This document shows positions 10,798-23,045 of a DNA stretch of 34,753 nucleotides, piece after piece. The stretch lies in NCBI RefSeq assembly GCF_044704955.1, contig NW_027251890.1:1-34753 (forward strand). The letters are read 5' to 3'. The first letter of the stretch is position 1; every line of letters starts with the position of its first letter. This stretch comes from Pristiophorus japonicus. Its lineage: Eukaryota. The notes under the pieces were generated by a model. That model saw nothing but the letters and a program-made list of their open reading frames with translations. It did not search any database and was not told the DNA's origin. The position numbers and the translations under genes are program-made.

Positions 10798-12300
10798 ATG
10801 GCAGATCAGGCTGAACTAGAGACTCGAACCGAGGAGGCAGAAGTGTATGGGGTACACACCTTCACCACGAAATGTCCATCGAACATGCGAAAAGTTGAAC
10901 CGGATGGAATTCCAGTATCCATGGAACTGGACATGGGTGTGAGTCAGTCCATCATGAGCAAAAAGGCCTTCGACAGGCTGTGGTGCAACAAGGCACACAG
11001 GTCCAAGCTTAGCCCCATTCATACCAAGATAAGAATTTACACTAAAGAGCTGATCCCTGTTATTGGCAGCGCAGCAGTAAAAGTCTTCGATGATGGAGCA
11101 GTGCACGAACTTCCACTGTGGATTGTACCAGGAGATGGCCCCACACTGTTTGGCAGAAGCTGGCTGGGAAAAATCCTTTGGAACTGGGACGACATCCGAG
11201 CGCTTTCGTCCGTCACCGACGCTTCATGTGCCCAGGTTCTGAGCAAGTTCCCGTTGTTGTTTGAGCGAGGCATTGGAAGTTTCTTGGGGGCGAAGGTGCA
11301 GATCCACTTGGTTCCTGGTACACGACCCATCCACCACAAGGCACGTGCGGTGCCATACATGATGCGAGAGAAAGTGGAAATTGAGCTGGACAGGCTGCAG
11401 TGAGAAGGCATCATCGCGCCGGTGGAGTTCAACGAGTGGGCCAGTCCGATTGTTCCGGTTCTCAAAGGCGATGGCACGGTCAGAATTTGTGGGGACTATA
11501 AAGTAACAATTAACCATTTTTTGCTGCAGGACCAGTACCCGCTACCCAAGGCAGACGACCTATTTGCGACCCTGGCTGGAGGAAAGACGTTCACAAAGTT
11601 GGACCTGAACTTGGCCTACAGGAGCTGGCGGAATCTTTGAAAGGCCTCACCTGCACAAAGGTCTATTCATCTACAATAGATGCCCGTTTGGGAATCGATC
11701 ATCTGCGGCAATTTTTCAAAGGAACACGGAGAGCCTGCTAAAGTCAGTTCCGCGCACCATGGTTTTCCAGGACGACATACTGGTCACAGGTCGGAATACC
11801 ATTGAACTCTTGAAGAACCTGGAAGAGTTTCTAAGTCGGCTAGATTGCGCGGGACTCAGGTTGAAATGCTTGAAGTGTGTTTTCCTGGTGCCAGTGGTCA
11901 AGTTATTGGGGAGAAACATAGAAACATAGAAACATAGAAAATAGGTGCAGGAGTAGGCCATTCGGCCCCTCGAGCCCGCACCACCATTCAATGAATTCAT
12001 GGCTGAACATGCAACTTCAGTACCCCATTCCTGCGTTCTCGCCATACCCCTTGATCCCTCTAGTAGTAAGGACTACATCTAAGAATCGCGGCAGACGGCA
12101 TCAGACGGAGGGCATCAAGAATGCGCCGAGACCACAGAACGTGACGGAGCAGCGGACGTTCCTGGGACTCCTCAACTATTTGGGTAATTTCCTCCTACCC
12201 AGGTTAAGCACCTTGCTATATGTGCTGCTACGCAAGGGAGATGACTGAGTATGGGGGAAATCACAAGAGGCTGCGTTTGAGAAAGCCAGAAATCTGTTAT
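10798..12300 (+). pseudogene. Gypsy-1 pol: protease and reverse transcriptase (disrupted)
   Basis: MELDMG (degenerate DTG), LFGRSWL, WASPIVPVLK.DG.VRICGDYK, FTKLDL, VFQDDILV, FLGLLNY. Confidence 0.9.
11912..12081 (-). mobile_element. Short CR1 3'-end insertion (same subfamily as 7752-10566)
   Basis: (AGAAACAT)n tail and UTR; Gypsy RT (ggggagaa|...aagaatcgcggcagacggc) resumes after it. Confidence 0.93.
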
Positions 12301-15262
12301 AGAAACATAGAAAATAGGTGCAGGAGTTGGCCATTCGGCCCTTCAAGCCTGCACTACCATTCAATGAGTTCATGGCTGAACATGCAACTTCAATACCCCA
12401 TTCCTGCTTTTTCGCCATACCCCTTGATCCCCCGAATAGTAAGGACTACATCTAACTCCTTTTTGAATATATTTAGTGAATTGGCCTCAACAACTTTCTG
12501 TGGTAGAGAATTCCACAGGTTCACCACTCTCTGGGTGAAGAAGTTTCTCCTCATCTCGGTTCCAAATGGCTTATCCCTTATCCTTAGACTGTGACCCCTG
12601 GTTCTGGACTTCCCCAACATTGGGAACATTCTTCCTGCATCTAACCTGTCTAAACCCGTCAGAACTTGAAACGTTTCTATGAGATCCCCGCTCATTCTTC
12701 TGAACTCCAGTGAATACAAGCCCAGTTGATCCAGTCTTTCTTGTTATATCAGTCCCACCATCCTGGGAATCAGTCTGGTGAACCTTCGCTGCACTCCCTC
12801 AATAGCAAGAATGTCCTTCCTCAAGTTAGGAGACCAAAATTGTACACAATACTCCAGGTGTGGCCTCACCAAGGCCCTGTACAATTGTAGTAACACCTCC
12901 CTGCCCCTGTACTCAAATCCCCTCGCTATGAAGGCCAACATGCCATTTGCTTTCTTAACCGCCTGCTGTACCTGCATGCCAACCTTCAATGACTGATGTA
13001 CCATGACACCCAGGTCTCGTTGCACCTCCCCTTTTCCTAATCTGTCACCATACAGATAATAGTCTGTCTCTCTGTTTTTCCCACCAAAGTGGATAACCTC
13101 ACATTTATCCACACTATTTTCATCCGACATGCATTTGCCCACTCACCTAACCTATCCAACTCACTCTGCAGCCTCATAGCATCCTCCTCGCAGCTCACAC
13201 TGCCACCCAACTTAGTGTCATCCGCAAATTTGGAGATACTACATTTAATCCCCTCGTCTAAATCATTAATGTACAATGTAAACAGCTGGGGCACCAGCAC
13301 AGAACCTTGCGGTACCCCACTAGTCAGTGTCTGCCATTCTGAAAAGTACCCATTTACTCCTACTCTTTGCTTCCTGTCTGACAACCAGTTCTCAATCCAT
13401 GTCAGCACACTACCCCCAATACCATTTGCTTTAACTTTGCACATTAATCTCTTGTGTAGGACCTTGTCGAAAGCTGCTGAAAGTCCAAATACACCACATC
13501 AACTGGTTCTCCCTTGTCCACTCTACTGGAAACATCCTCAAAAAATTCCAGAAGATTTGTCAAGCATGACTTCCTATTCAAAAATCCATGCTGACTTGGA
13601 CCTATCATGTCACCTCTTTCCAAATGCGCTGCTATGACATCCTTAATAATTGATTCCATCATTTTACCCACTACCCATGTCAGGCTGACCGGTCTATAAT
13701 TCCCTGTTTTCTCTCTCCCTCCTTTTTTAAAAAGTGGGGTTACATTGGCTATCCTCCACTTCATAGGAACTGATCCAGAGTCTATAGAATGTTGGAAAAT
13801 GACTGTCAATGCATCCGCTATTTACAAGGTCACCTCCTTAAGTACTCTGGGATGCAATCCGTCAGGTCCTGGGGATTTATCGGCCTTCAATCCCATCAAT
13901 TTCCCCAACACAATTTCCCGACTAATAAGGATTTACCTTAGTTCCTCCTTCTTACTAGACCCTCTGACCCCTTTTATATCCGGAAGGTTGTTTGTGTCCT
14001 CCTTAGTGAATACTGAACCAAAATACTTGTTCAATTGGTCTGTCATTTCTTTGTTCCCAGTTATGACTTCCCCTGATTCTGACTGCAGGGGACCTACATT
14101 TGTCTTTACTAACCTTTTTCTCTTTACATATCTATAGAAGCTTTTGCAGTCCGCCTTAATGTTCCCTGCAAGCTTCCTCTCGTACTCTATTTTCCCTGCC
14201 CTTATCAAATCCTTTGTCCTCCTCTGCTGAGTTCTAAATTTCTCTCAGTCCCTGGGTTCGCTGCTATTTCTGGCCAATTTGTATGCCACTTCCTTGGCTT
14301 TAATACTATCCCTGATTTCCCTTGATAGCCACGGTTGAGCCACCTTCCCTTTTTTATTTTTACGCCAGACAATTGTTGTTGTTCATCCATGCGGTCTCTA
14401 AATGTCTGCCATTGCCCATCCACTGTCAACCCCTTAAGTATCATTCGCCAATCTATCCTAGCCAATTCACGCCTCATGCCTTCAAAGTTACCCTTCTTTA
14501 AGTTCTGGACCATGGTCTCTGAATTAACTGTTTCATTCTCCATCCTAATGTAGAATTCCACCATATTATGGTCACTCTTCCCCAAGGGACCTCACACAAT
14601 GAGATTGCTAATTAATTCTCTCTCATTACACAACACCCAGTCTAAGATGGCCTCCCCCCTCGTTGGTTCCTCGACATATTGATCTAGAAATCCATCCTTT
14701 ATGCACTCCAGGAAATCCTCCTCCACCGTATTGCTTCCAGTTTGGTTAGCCCAATCTATGTGCATATTAAAGTCACCCATGATAACTGCTGCACCTTTAT
14801 TGCATGCACCCCTAATTTCCTGTTTGATGCCCTCCCCAACATCACTACTACTGTTTGGAGGTCTGTACACAACTCCCCCTAACGTTTTTTGCCCTTGGTG
14901 TTCTGCAGCTCTACCCATATAGATTCCACATCATCCATGCTAATGTCCTTCCTAACTATTGCATTAATCTCCTCTTTAGCCAGCAATGCTACTCCACCTC
15001 CTTTTCCTTTTATTCTATATTTCCTGAATGTTGAACCCTTGGATGTTGAGTTCCCAGCCCTGATCATCCTGGAGCCACGTCTCTGTAATCCCAATCACAT
15101 CATATCTATTAACATCTATTTGCACAGTTAATTCATCCACCTTATTACGGATATTCTTTGCATTAAGACACAAAGCCTTCAGGTTTGTTTTTTTAACACC
15201 CTTTGTCCTTTTAGAATTATGATGTAGTGTGGCCCTTTTTGTTTCTTGCCTTTGTTTACTCG
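12301..15262 (-). mobile_element. CR1 LINE, whole ORF2 region, frameshifted
   Basis: Near-identical reverse complement of 7752-10566, extending further 5' (LKALCLNAKNIRNK); gttat TSD at 12296-12300 and 15263-15267. Confidence 0.97.
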
Positions 15263-17101
15263 GTTATGTTCCAACAAATTGCTTGTTCTCTATTACCTCT
15301 GTAAACGTTTAGTGCTAGCTTGCGATTCATCTTCGTACGGGGTCGGGTGTGTGTTACAACAAGTAAACGAATCGGGTAAAATGCAACCGGTCCCCTATGC
15401 GTCCAGGAGTTTGTCCAAGGCCGAAAGCATGATTGAAAAAGAAACTCTGGCATGCGATTACCGGGTGGAAAAAATGCACCAGTATCTGTTTGGTCTCAAG
15501 TTTGAGTTAAAAACTGACCATAAGCCACTCATTTCGCTATTCTAAGAGAGCAAAGGGATTAATACCAATGTCTCTGCCCGCAATCAAAGATGGGCGCTCA
15601 CGCTGTCTGCATATAACTATGTAATCTGCCACAGACCAGGCACAGAGAACTGCGCTGATGCTCTCAGTCAGCTACCATTGCCCACCACCGGGGTGGAAAT
15701 GGCACAGCCTGCAGACTTGCTCTTGGTGAAAGATGCATTTGAAAGCGAAATGTCACCCGTTACGGCCCGCCAGATCAGGACCTGGACCAGCCAGGATCCT
15801 TTACTGTCCCTTGTAAAAAACTGTGTGCTCCATGGGAGCTGGTCCAGCGTCCCAGTGGAGATGCATGAAGAGATCAAGCTGTTCCAGTGGCGCAAAGATG
15901 AAATGTCCATACAGGTGGACTGTCTTTTGTGGGGCAATCACATGGTTTTGCCTAAGAAAGGCAGAGAAACATTCTTAGGCGACCTACATATTACCCATCC
16001 AGGAATAGTAATGATGAAAGCTATAGCCAGATCCCATCTGTGGTGGCCCGGCATCGACTCTGATTTGGAGTCATGTGTGCGCCAATGCAACACTTGCTCT
16101 CAACTGAGCAATGCACCTAGAGAGTCACCGCTAAGTTTGTGGTCATGGCTCTCCAAACCGTGGTCTCGGATCTACGTTGACTTTGCGGGCCCATTTCTCG
16201 GCAAAAAGTTTTGGTTGCTGTGAATGCTTATTCAAAATGGATTGAGTGTGTAATAATGTCTGTAAGCATGTCCACTGCCACCATCGAAAGCCTATGAGCC
16301 ATGTTCACCATGCATGGTCTGCCTGATGTCCTTGTCAGTGACAATGGGCCATGCTTCACCAGTGCTGAATTCAAGGAATTCATGACCTGCAATGGAATCA
16401 AGCACGTCACATCTGCCCCGTTCAAGCCCGCATCCAATGGCCAGGCAGAACGGGCAGTTCAGACCATCAAGCAAAACTTGAAACGTGTGTTGGAAGGCTC
16501 CCTGCAAACCCACCTGTCCCGAGTCCTGCTCAGCTACCACACCACATTCCACTCGCTCACTGGGGTTCCCCCAGCTGAGCTGCTCATGAAAAGGGCGCTC
16601 AAAACAAGGCTCACTCTTGTCCACCCTGATCTCCATGATCACATCGAGAGCTGTCGACATCAACAAAGCATGTACCATGATCGCGTAAACTTGTCACGTG
16701 ATATTGAGGTTAATGACCATGTATTTGTACTCAACTATGGACTTGGTCCCAAATGGCTTGCTGGCACCATCATCGCCAAAGAAGGGAGTAGGGTGTTTCA
16801 GGTCAAACTGGCTAATGGACTAACTTGCAGAAAGCATTTGGACCAAGCCAAACTGCGATTCACAAACAGCCATGAGCAACCCGAAGAGGACACCACCAAC
16901 TTCGACCCTCCAACACACACGCACAAGTGGCAACAGACATCACAGTCGACCACGAAGCTGAACTCACCATCCTCAGCAACCCGGCAAGGCCAGCTGCAGA
17001 GCAGCCCAGCGAAGAACCAACCAACTCACCCATACCTACATTTGTACCGAGACGATCGACAAGGGAGCGAAAAGCCCCAGATCGTCGCACCCTGTAAATA
17101 A
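15263..17101 (+). pseudogene. Gypsy-1 pol: RNase H and integrase (disrupted)
   Basis: LACDSSSYGVG, TDHKPL, HPG..MK..ARSH.WWP..C..C, VDFAGP, VSDNGP, SNGQAERAVQTIK. Confidence 0.92.
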
Positions 17102-17129
17102 GTGTACAATTGACTTTGGGAGGGAGTGA

Positions 17130-17351
17130 TGTTATGTAGGTAACCCTTGGCAACCTGTATCACACCACCACCAGAGGGCCTACCGGTTGGAGTCCCAAGC
17201 GATACCAGCATCCCTTGATCCCTTGGGAGCACTGTATATAAGCAGGCCTCCCACGCTGTACCGACAATCTGGAGTTTGAATAAAGGAGCTAAGGTTGCAC
17301 TTACTCATTGTCTACAGTACTCAGTTACATCACTTTATTATGAGCAGAACA
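17130..17351 (+). repeat. 3' LTR of Gypsy-1
   Basis: Direct repeat of 6914-7125 with roughly 20-25 substitutions counted by eye and an 8-bp duplication. Confidence 0.95.
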
Positions 17352-17899
17352 AGGAACATACCATTATTGTCCCAAGGGGGGAGAGGGAGAGGTGACGAAC
17401 ATACCATCATTGTCCCCCGTGTGGCGGAGGTGAGGAACATAATTATTGTCCCCGGGGGGGAGGGGTGGGGGGAGAGGTTGAGGTGGGGAACACACCATTA
17501 TTTCACCATCCGGGGAGAGGGAGAGATGAAGATCATACCATTACTGTCCCTGGTGGGGTAGAGGGAGTGGTGAGGAACATACCATTATTGTCCCCAGGGG
17601 GTGAAAGGAGGCGGAGCGGTGAGGAACATAACATTATCGTTCCCGGGGGTGGTGGGGAGAGGAAGGAGAGGTGAGGAACAAACCATTATTTTCCCCAGGG
17701 GGAATGGGGAGAGGAGATGGAGATGTGCGGAACCTACCATTATTGTCCCTGGGTGTGGGAGAAGTGAGGAACATACCAATTATTGTCACCATTGAGGGAG
17801 AGGTGAGGAACATACCATTATTTTTCCCGGGTGTGGGGGGTGGAGGAGAGGAAAAGTACAGGTGAGGAACATAGCATTATTGTCCCCGAGGTGAGGAAT
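17352..17899 (+). repeat. G-rich minisatellite, right part (about 11 units)
   Basis: aggtgaggaacataccattattgtcccc + G/A-rich spacer. Confidence 0.9.
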
Positions 17900-18972
17900 T
17901 GTAGCACCAGCTTTCTGGCCATTTCTATCAACAATACTTTAAATCCTTAAAGAAAGAACTGTACTGTTTGGCGAGCTTGTGGGGGTGGCACTGAGGTGCA
18001 TTCATATACAACCGGACATTTCACACTGACAGGCTGGGTGGCAGGGAACCCAGGCCCATTGATGTCATCACCATCTAAAGTGATTCCTGGGAACAATACC
18101 CCGAGAGGTAACTCAGAGACACTGTGCCCTCACATTATTAAAGCACAGTCACCACTCAGTCCCAACCCAAACTGGTGCAAGGCAGGAAATGGCCGGCCCA
18201 TTGTCTTCCAGGAGATAAGCCGGTTAAGCAAGATCGGTTTGTGATCGAAACCCATTACCTGCTAATGGGGGCCATCAACTCAGGAAACGACAGACATCCA
18301 GTAATCGGCACCCATTGTCTCTCCAGATGCAAGGCCTGGGAGCGGGAAAACAAAACATCATTTTTCACAAAGATTTCAAAGGCTACGAGCCAGTCCAGGC
18401 CACGGTGGGAGGGAGTCCAGACAGATCACCGGAGTCAATCCATCGGTCAGTAATGGCGGGAGGAAAGGTGATAGGTTTTGGGGATATAAGGAGCCGCTTT
18501 GCAACAAGCTCCAGCTCAGGAGCAAGAAAGCTCCGGAAAAAGCCCAGTGAAAATCCCAGGAAAAAGCCCAGGAGCGAGACGGTCAGGAAGAAGCTGCAAG
18601 CAAGACAACGGGCAATCAGGGTGAGCATATTGCCTACGCCTACACATCCACAAGAACACTTAGCTGTGTGAGGGGGTGATTGTAAGTCCCAACCAAACCC
18701 AAGGGGTTTAGTGCTGGGGGGGTCCTGTGTTAGTTTATTTCACGGGAGGGTCCTTTTATTAAATCGTGGTAACTTAGCATGGCAGGGCTTATTGGACAAG
18801 CCAGGGTTGTACTGTTTAGCACTGTTTATGAGTGGTGTGGTTAATCTTGTTAAATACAATACGATTGAGCCTGAAAAATGTGTGTCCGAATCTGATCTGT
18901 CCATATAATCCCTATTGTCCAGAACTTGTAGTAGGAGGTGCGTTTTCGGTATGCGCAAGAAAACCACTTACA
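17900..18972 (+). mobile_element. Putative ~1.07-kb solo LTR (unassigned family)
   Basis: Starts TGTAG and ends TTACA exactly at the boundaries of two repeat arrays; GATATAAG at ~18483; no recognisable protein; no TSD. Confidence 0.5.
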
Positions 18973-18973
18973 A

Positions 18974-19290
18974 GCACCCCCTCAGTACTGCCCCTCCGAT
19001 AGCGCAGCGCTCCCTCAGTAGTGACCCTCCGACAGTCCGGCACTCCCTCAGTATTGACCCTCTGACAGTGCGGCACTCCCTCAGTACTACCCCTCCGACA
19101 GTTCAGTACTCCCTCAGTACCTACCCTCCGACAATGCAGCACTCCCTCAGTACTGCCCCTCTGACAGTGCAGCATTCCCTCAGTACTATACCTCTGACAA
19201 TGCTGCACTCAATCAGTCCTGCCCATCTGACAGTGTGGCACTCCCTCAGTACTGCCCCTCTGACAGTGCAGCACTCCCTCAGGACTGCAC
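18974..19290. repeat. 33-bp minisatellite GCACTCCCTCAGTACTGCCCCTC(C/T)GACAGTGCA (~9.5 copies) within a Deu-domain SINE
   Basis: Units read directly; followed by a SINE head in reverse (ctctggagtggggcttgaacccac, B-box-like) to ~19347. Confidence 0.9.
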
Positions 19291-19425
19291 AGTAGTGTAT
19301 GTCTTTATTTTGCACTCAGTTCTCTGGAGTGGGGCTTGAACCCACGATACAACATTGCATCACTGGATGCCACACAGTCTGAGCTGTGAGTCATATCCCG
19401 ACCTCAGTTGGAACAGCTAACTCAG

Positions 19426-19540
19426 AACAAACAACAACAGCAACTTTTATACAGCACCTTTAACACAGTAAAACTCCCCGAGCGCTTCACAGGAGCGTTA
19501 TAGAATAAAGATTGACAGCGAGCCATGTAGGGAGACATTG
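19426..19540 (-). mobile_element. L2 3' tail remnant (another L2-like piece at ~20040-20160)
   Basis: aacaacaac..tatacagcacctttaac..gcgcttcacagg is the reverse complement of the L2 3' end at ~2520-2646. Confidence 0.7.
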
Positions 19541-20474
19541 AAAATTGCAGCTCAGTCAAATTGTGAGGGAAATTGGCAGTGCTGTCTTCATACCAAAAGG
19601 GGGCGATGTTGATTCTGAAAAGACCAAATTTTTGGACAATTTCTGTGTCACTCAATTGATTGGTTTGTAAAACCCGTTTGTACCAAACCTCCAGTCAGGT
19701 TTGCAGAATCATTTCCAGTTCCCCATGTGTCATTTGATGGTGGATCTCAGCGTGTATCTCCTCATCCGCTCGTGAGGCGGTGTCTCAGACCGATTGGTGG
19801 GTCAGCAGCCACTCCGCACTGCAGTGAGCATTGGCAGGTCATTCCACTGTGGGAGGCCTCACCACGGAGCTTGGTGCACGGGGTACATCCACACAGAGAC
19901 GCTCTGCCGCCAGGTCCAGCAGCAACAACCTGCATTGCTCTCGCAACTGGAACATTAGAACAACATCCCGAAGCAGCTGACAGAGTCGTAATCTGGTCAA
20001 AGTGCTGCTGAGCCAAAGGGGGAGGGGCTGGGAGGGTGATCAAAACCCTCAGTCACAGATTGGGTTTGAAGGGAGGTCTTAAAAGCGGAGAGGGGTGGAG
20101 TGGCAGAGAGGTTTAGGGAGCAGGGAGTTAGGGCCCAGGCAGCTGAAGGCACGGCCCCCAATGGAGGGGGAAGGGAAGGGGGGATGGATAAGAAGCCTGA
20201 GCCAGATACAGCGGCCCCTGAACACAACAACAACTTGCATTTATATACAGGAAGGAGTGTGAAATATTAGATGAAATACATAGTGAGAGAGGAAGGATTA
20301 AGGGGGTTAACAGCTTTGAAAGTGGATAAATCCCGAGGCCCAGATGAAAAGTATCCCAGGCTGTTAAGAGAAACAAAAGAGGAAGTAGCGGAGGCTCTGG
20401 CCCTCATTTCCCAATCCTCTCTGGCTACAGGTGTGGTGCCAGAGGACTGGTGGACTGCTCATGTTGTAAATTTG

Positions 20475-22283
20475 TGTTATGTGTATAACTCTGTCATACT
20501 TGCCACTAGAGGGCGCGAGTGTTGGAGTCCTCATGGTCACCTGCACACACATGCAGGGCCAGTATAAAAGGTTGGCTGCCATATTGTTCAGGCACTCTGG
20601 AGTTGTAATAAAGAAGACTATGGTCACACTAAATTTAGCTCACAGTACTCAGCCTTGTGGAGTTCTTCTATACACAACAGTTGGCGAAGAGTAACAGAAT
20701 ACGAATCTTCACGCAACCATGGCTGCTGTTGGAATATTAGAGAGATTCGTAGAGGGTGATGATTGGGATGCCTTCGTCGTAAGTCTCGACCGTACTTCGT
20801 GGCAAACGAGCTGGAAGGTGACACTAACGCAGCCAAGTGCTGGGCGGTTCTCCTCGCCGTCTGTGGGCCTGAAATATACGGCCTCATGAAGAATGTGCTC
20901 GCACTGACAAAACCAACGGAGAAGTAATATGCAGAGTTGTGCACATGTGGTTTTGTCATAAAAAGGCAGGAAAACGTTTATACGTGACCTACACAGTACC
21001 CACCCAGGCATTGTCATGATGAAAGCAATTGCCAGCTCGCATGTTTGGTGGTCCAGCATTGATTGGACTTGGAGTCATGCGTGCACCAATGCAACACTTG
21101 CTCGCAACTGGGCAGTGCACCAAGGGAGGCTCCACTGAGTCTGTGGTCATGGCCCTCCAAACCGTGGTCCAGGATCCAAGTAAATTTTGCTGGCCCCTTT
21201 CTAGGAAAGATAATTTTAGTAGTTGTGGATGCTTACTCCAAATGGATTGAATGCGTAATCACTTCATCCAGCACGCCCACAGCCACCATTGAAAGCCTCC
21301 AGGCCAAGTTCGCCACCCATGGCTTGCCCGACATCTTTGTCAGCGGCAATGGACTGTGTTTCACCAGCTCGGAATTCAACGAGTTTATGAGCCGGAATGG
21401 CATCAAGCATGTCAGGTCTGCTCCGTTTAAGCCCACGTCTAACGGTCAAGCGGAGCGGGCAGTCCAAACAATCAAGCGGAGCATGAAATGCGTGACGGAT
21501 GGTTCCCTGCAGAACCGCTTGTCTCGCATTCTGCACAGTTACCGGACACGACCCCACTCGCTCACCGGGGTTCCTCTGGTAGAATTGTTAATGAAGAGAG
21601 CCCTCAAAACCAGGCTCTCCCTTGTCCACCCGAATCTTAATGTTCAAGTGGAAACCCAGCGACACAGGCAGAACATGTACCACGATCGTGCCACTGTTTC
21701 ACGTGACATTGATGTTAACGACCCTGTGTTTGTCCTGAATTACCGTCACGGTCCCAAGTGGGTTGCTGGCACTGTTTTGGCCAAGGAAGTGAATAGGGTG
21801 TTTATAATCAAACTGGTAAATGGCCAAACGTGCAGAAAGCATTTAGATCAGACCAAATTGTGATTTACTGACAACCAGGAACGACTTGATGAGGACATCA
21901 CCATCGACGATCCACCAACACACACCCCACCAGCAATAGAACTCGCTGTCAATCACGAGGATGAATCCACTGTTCCTGACAGTCCGGTCAGACCAGCCGT
22001 GGTGCAGTGTGGCAATGGTCCGGCCAACTCACACACACCAGGGTTTGAACTTAGACGATCAACCAGGGAGCGAAGGGCTCCGGATTGCCTCAACTTGGAA
22101 ATAATATGTACTGAAGACTTGGGGGGGTGGAGTGATGTTATGTATGTAACTATGTAATACTTGTCACCAGAGGGGGCGACTGCCATGTTGCTTAGGCACT
22201 CTGGAGTTGTAATAAAGAAGACTAAGGTTAAAATAAGTTTAGCTCACAGTACTCAGCCTCGTGGAGCTCCTCTATACACAACA
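20475..22283 (+). mobile_element. Internally deleted Gypsy (LTR - gag 5' - integrase - LTR), 1.8 kb
   Basis: LTRs 20475-20679 and 22136-22283; PBS TGGCGAAGAG 20682-20691; PPT gggggggtggagtga; TSD atttg/ctttg; gag fused to the integrase region at ~20945. Confidence 0.93.
21063..21863 (+). pseudogene. Gypsy-2 integrase core ORF (266 aa), catalytic Asp residues mutated
   Basis: IQVNFAGP (D to N) and VSGNGL (D to G) versus VDFAGP/VSDNGP in Gypsy-1; SNGQAERAVQ retained. Confidence 0.85.
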
Positions 22284-22744
22284 CTTTGTTTAAAAAGGGA
22301 GAAAGGGATAGACCAAATAATTACAGGCCAGTCAGCCTAAACTCGGTGCTGGGAAAGTTATTGTAAACAATTCTGAGGGACAGGATAAATCTTCATTTAT
22401 AAAGACACGGGTTAATCAAGGACAGTCAGCATGGACTTAAGGGAAGGTCGTGTCTGACTAACTTAATTGAATTCATTAAGGAAGTAATGAGGAGGGTCGA
22501 TGAGGGCAGTGCATTTGAAGTAGTTTGTATGGATTTTAGCAAGACTTTTGATAAGGTCCCACATTGCAGACTGCTCACGAAAGTAAAAGCCCATGGGATC
22601 CAGGGCAAAGTTGCAAGTTGGATCCAAATTTGGTTCAGAGGCAGGAAGCAAAGGGTAATGGTTGATGGGTGTTTTTGTGACTGGAAGGCTGTTTCCAGTG
22701 GGGTTCCGCAGGGCTCAGTAAAAGGTCCCTTGCTTTTTGTGGTA

Positions 22745-23045
22745 CAGGCAACTCTCAATTATCTGGGTCCCTCGGGGATTGGGCTATGCCAGGTAAATGA
22801 TTCCTCCGTTAGAGCGATTGACCTTATAAAGTTAAAACCCGATGTCTTCCCGGACGGAAAGGACTCCGAACGCACTGGCCCGATGCTTTCACGGGCTGAA
22901 AGGACTCCGAACACACTGGCCCGATGCTTTCACGGGCTGAAAGGACTCTGAATGCATCGGCCCGATGCTTTCCCGGGCCGAAATTTGAAATCCCGTTGTA
23001 ATGGTTTCCCATTGGATGCATGTGCGGATTATCAAGAGTTGCCTG
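22745..23045. mobile_element. Tc1/mariner-superfamily (pogo/Tigger-like) MITE, 301 bp
   Basis: TIRs CAGGCAACTCTCAATTATC / GATTATCAAGAGTTGCCTG; TA duplication at 22743-22744 and 23046-23047; internal 41-bp repeat x3.5 (22838-22982). Confidence 0.9.

Larger units (their letters stand above)
6914..17351 (+). mobile_element. Full-length degenerate Gypsy LTR retrotransposon (Mag-like) with three nested CR1 insertions
   Basis: TG..CA LTRs 6914-7125 and 17130-17351; PBS TGGTGACGAG 7128-7137 (tRNA-Ser(GCU)-like); PPT ggagggagtga before the 3' LTR; 5-bp TSD aggga/aggaa; gag-PR-RT-RH-IN order. Confidence 0.95.

Noticed and set aside
7728-14922. Numerous antisense ORFs over the CR1 copies
   Set aside because: Shadow frames of LINE ORF2, repeated in each copy
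17352-17899. Repeat-spacer pattern resembling CRISPR
   Set aside because: Spacers are related G/A-rich low-complexity sequence; no cas genes; vertebrate DNA
19690-20010. Unique GC-rich stretch with a possible minus-strand AG...GT mini-exon
   Set aside because: No recognisable protein motif in any frame; splice-like dinucleotides alone are insufficient
22838-22982. Hammerhead ribozyme or CRISPR-like array in the 41-bp repeats
   Set aside because: CTGAAAG...GAAC does not fit the CUGANGA/GAAA core; no unique spacers; eukaryotic MITE context
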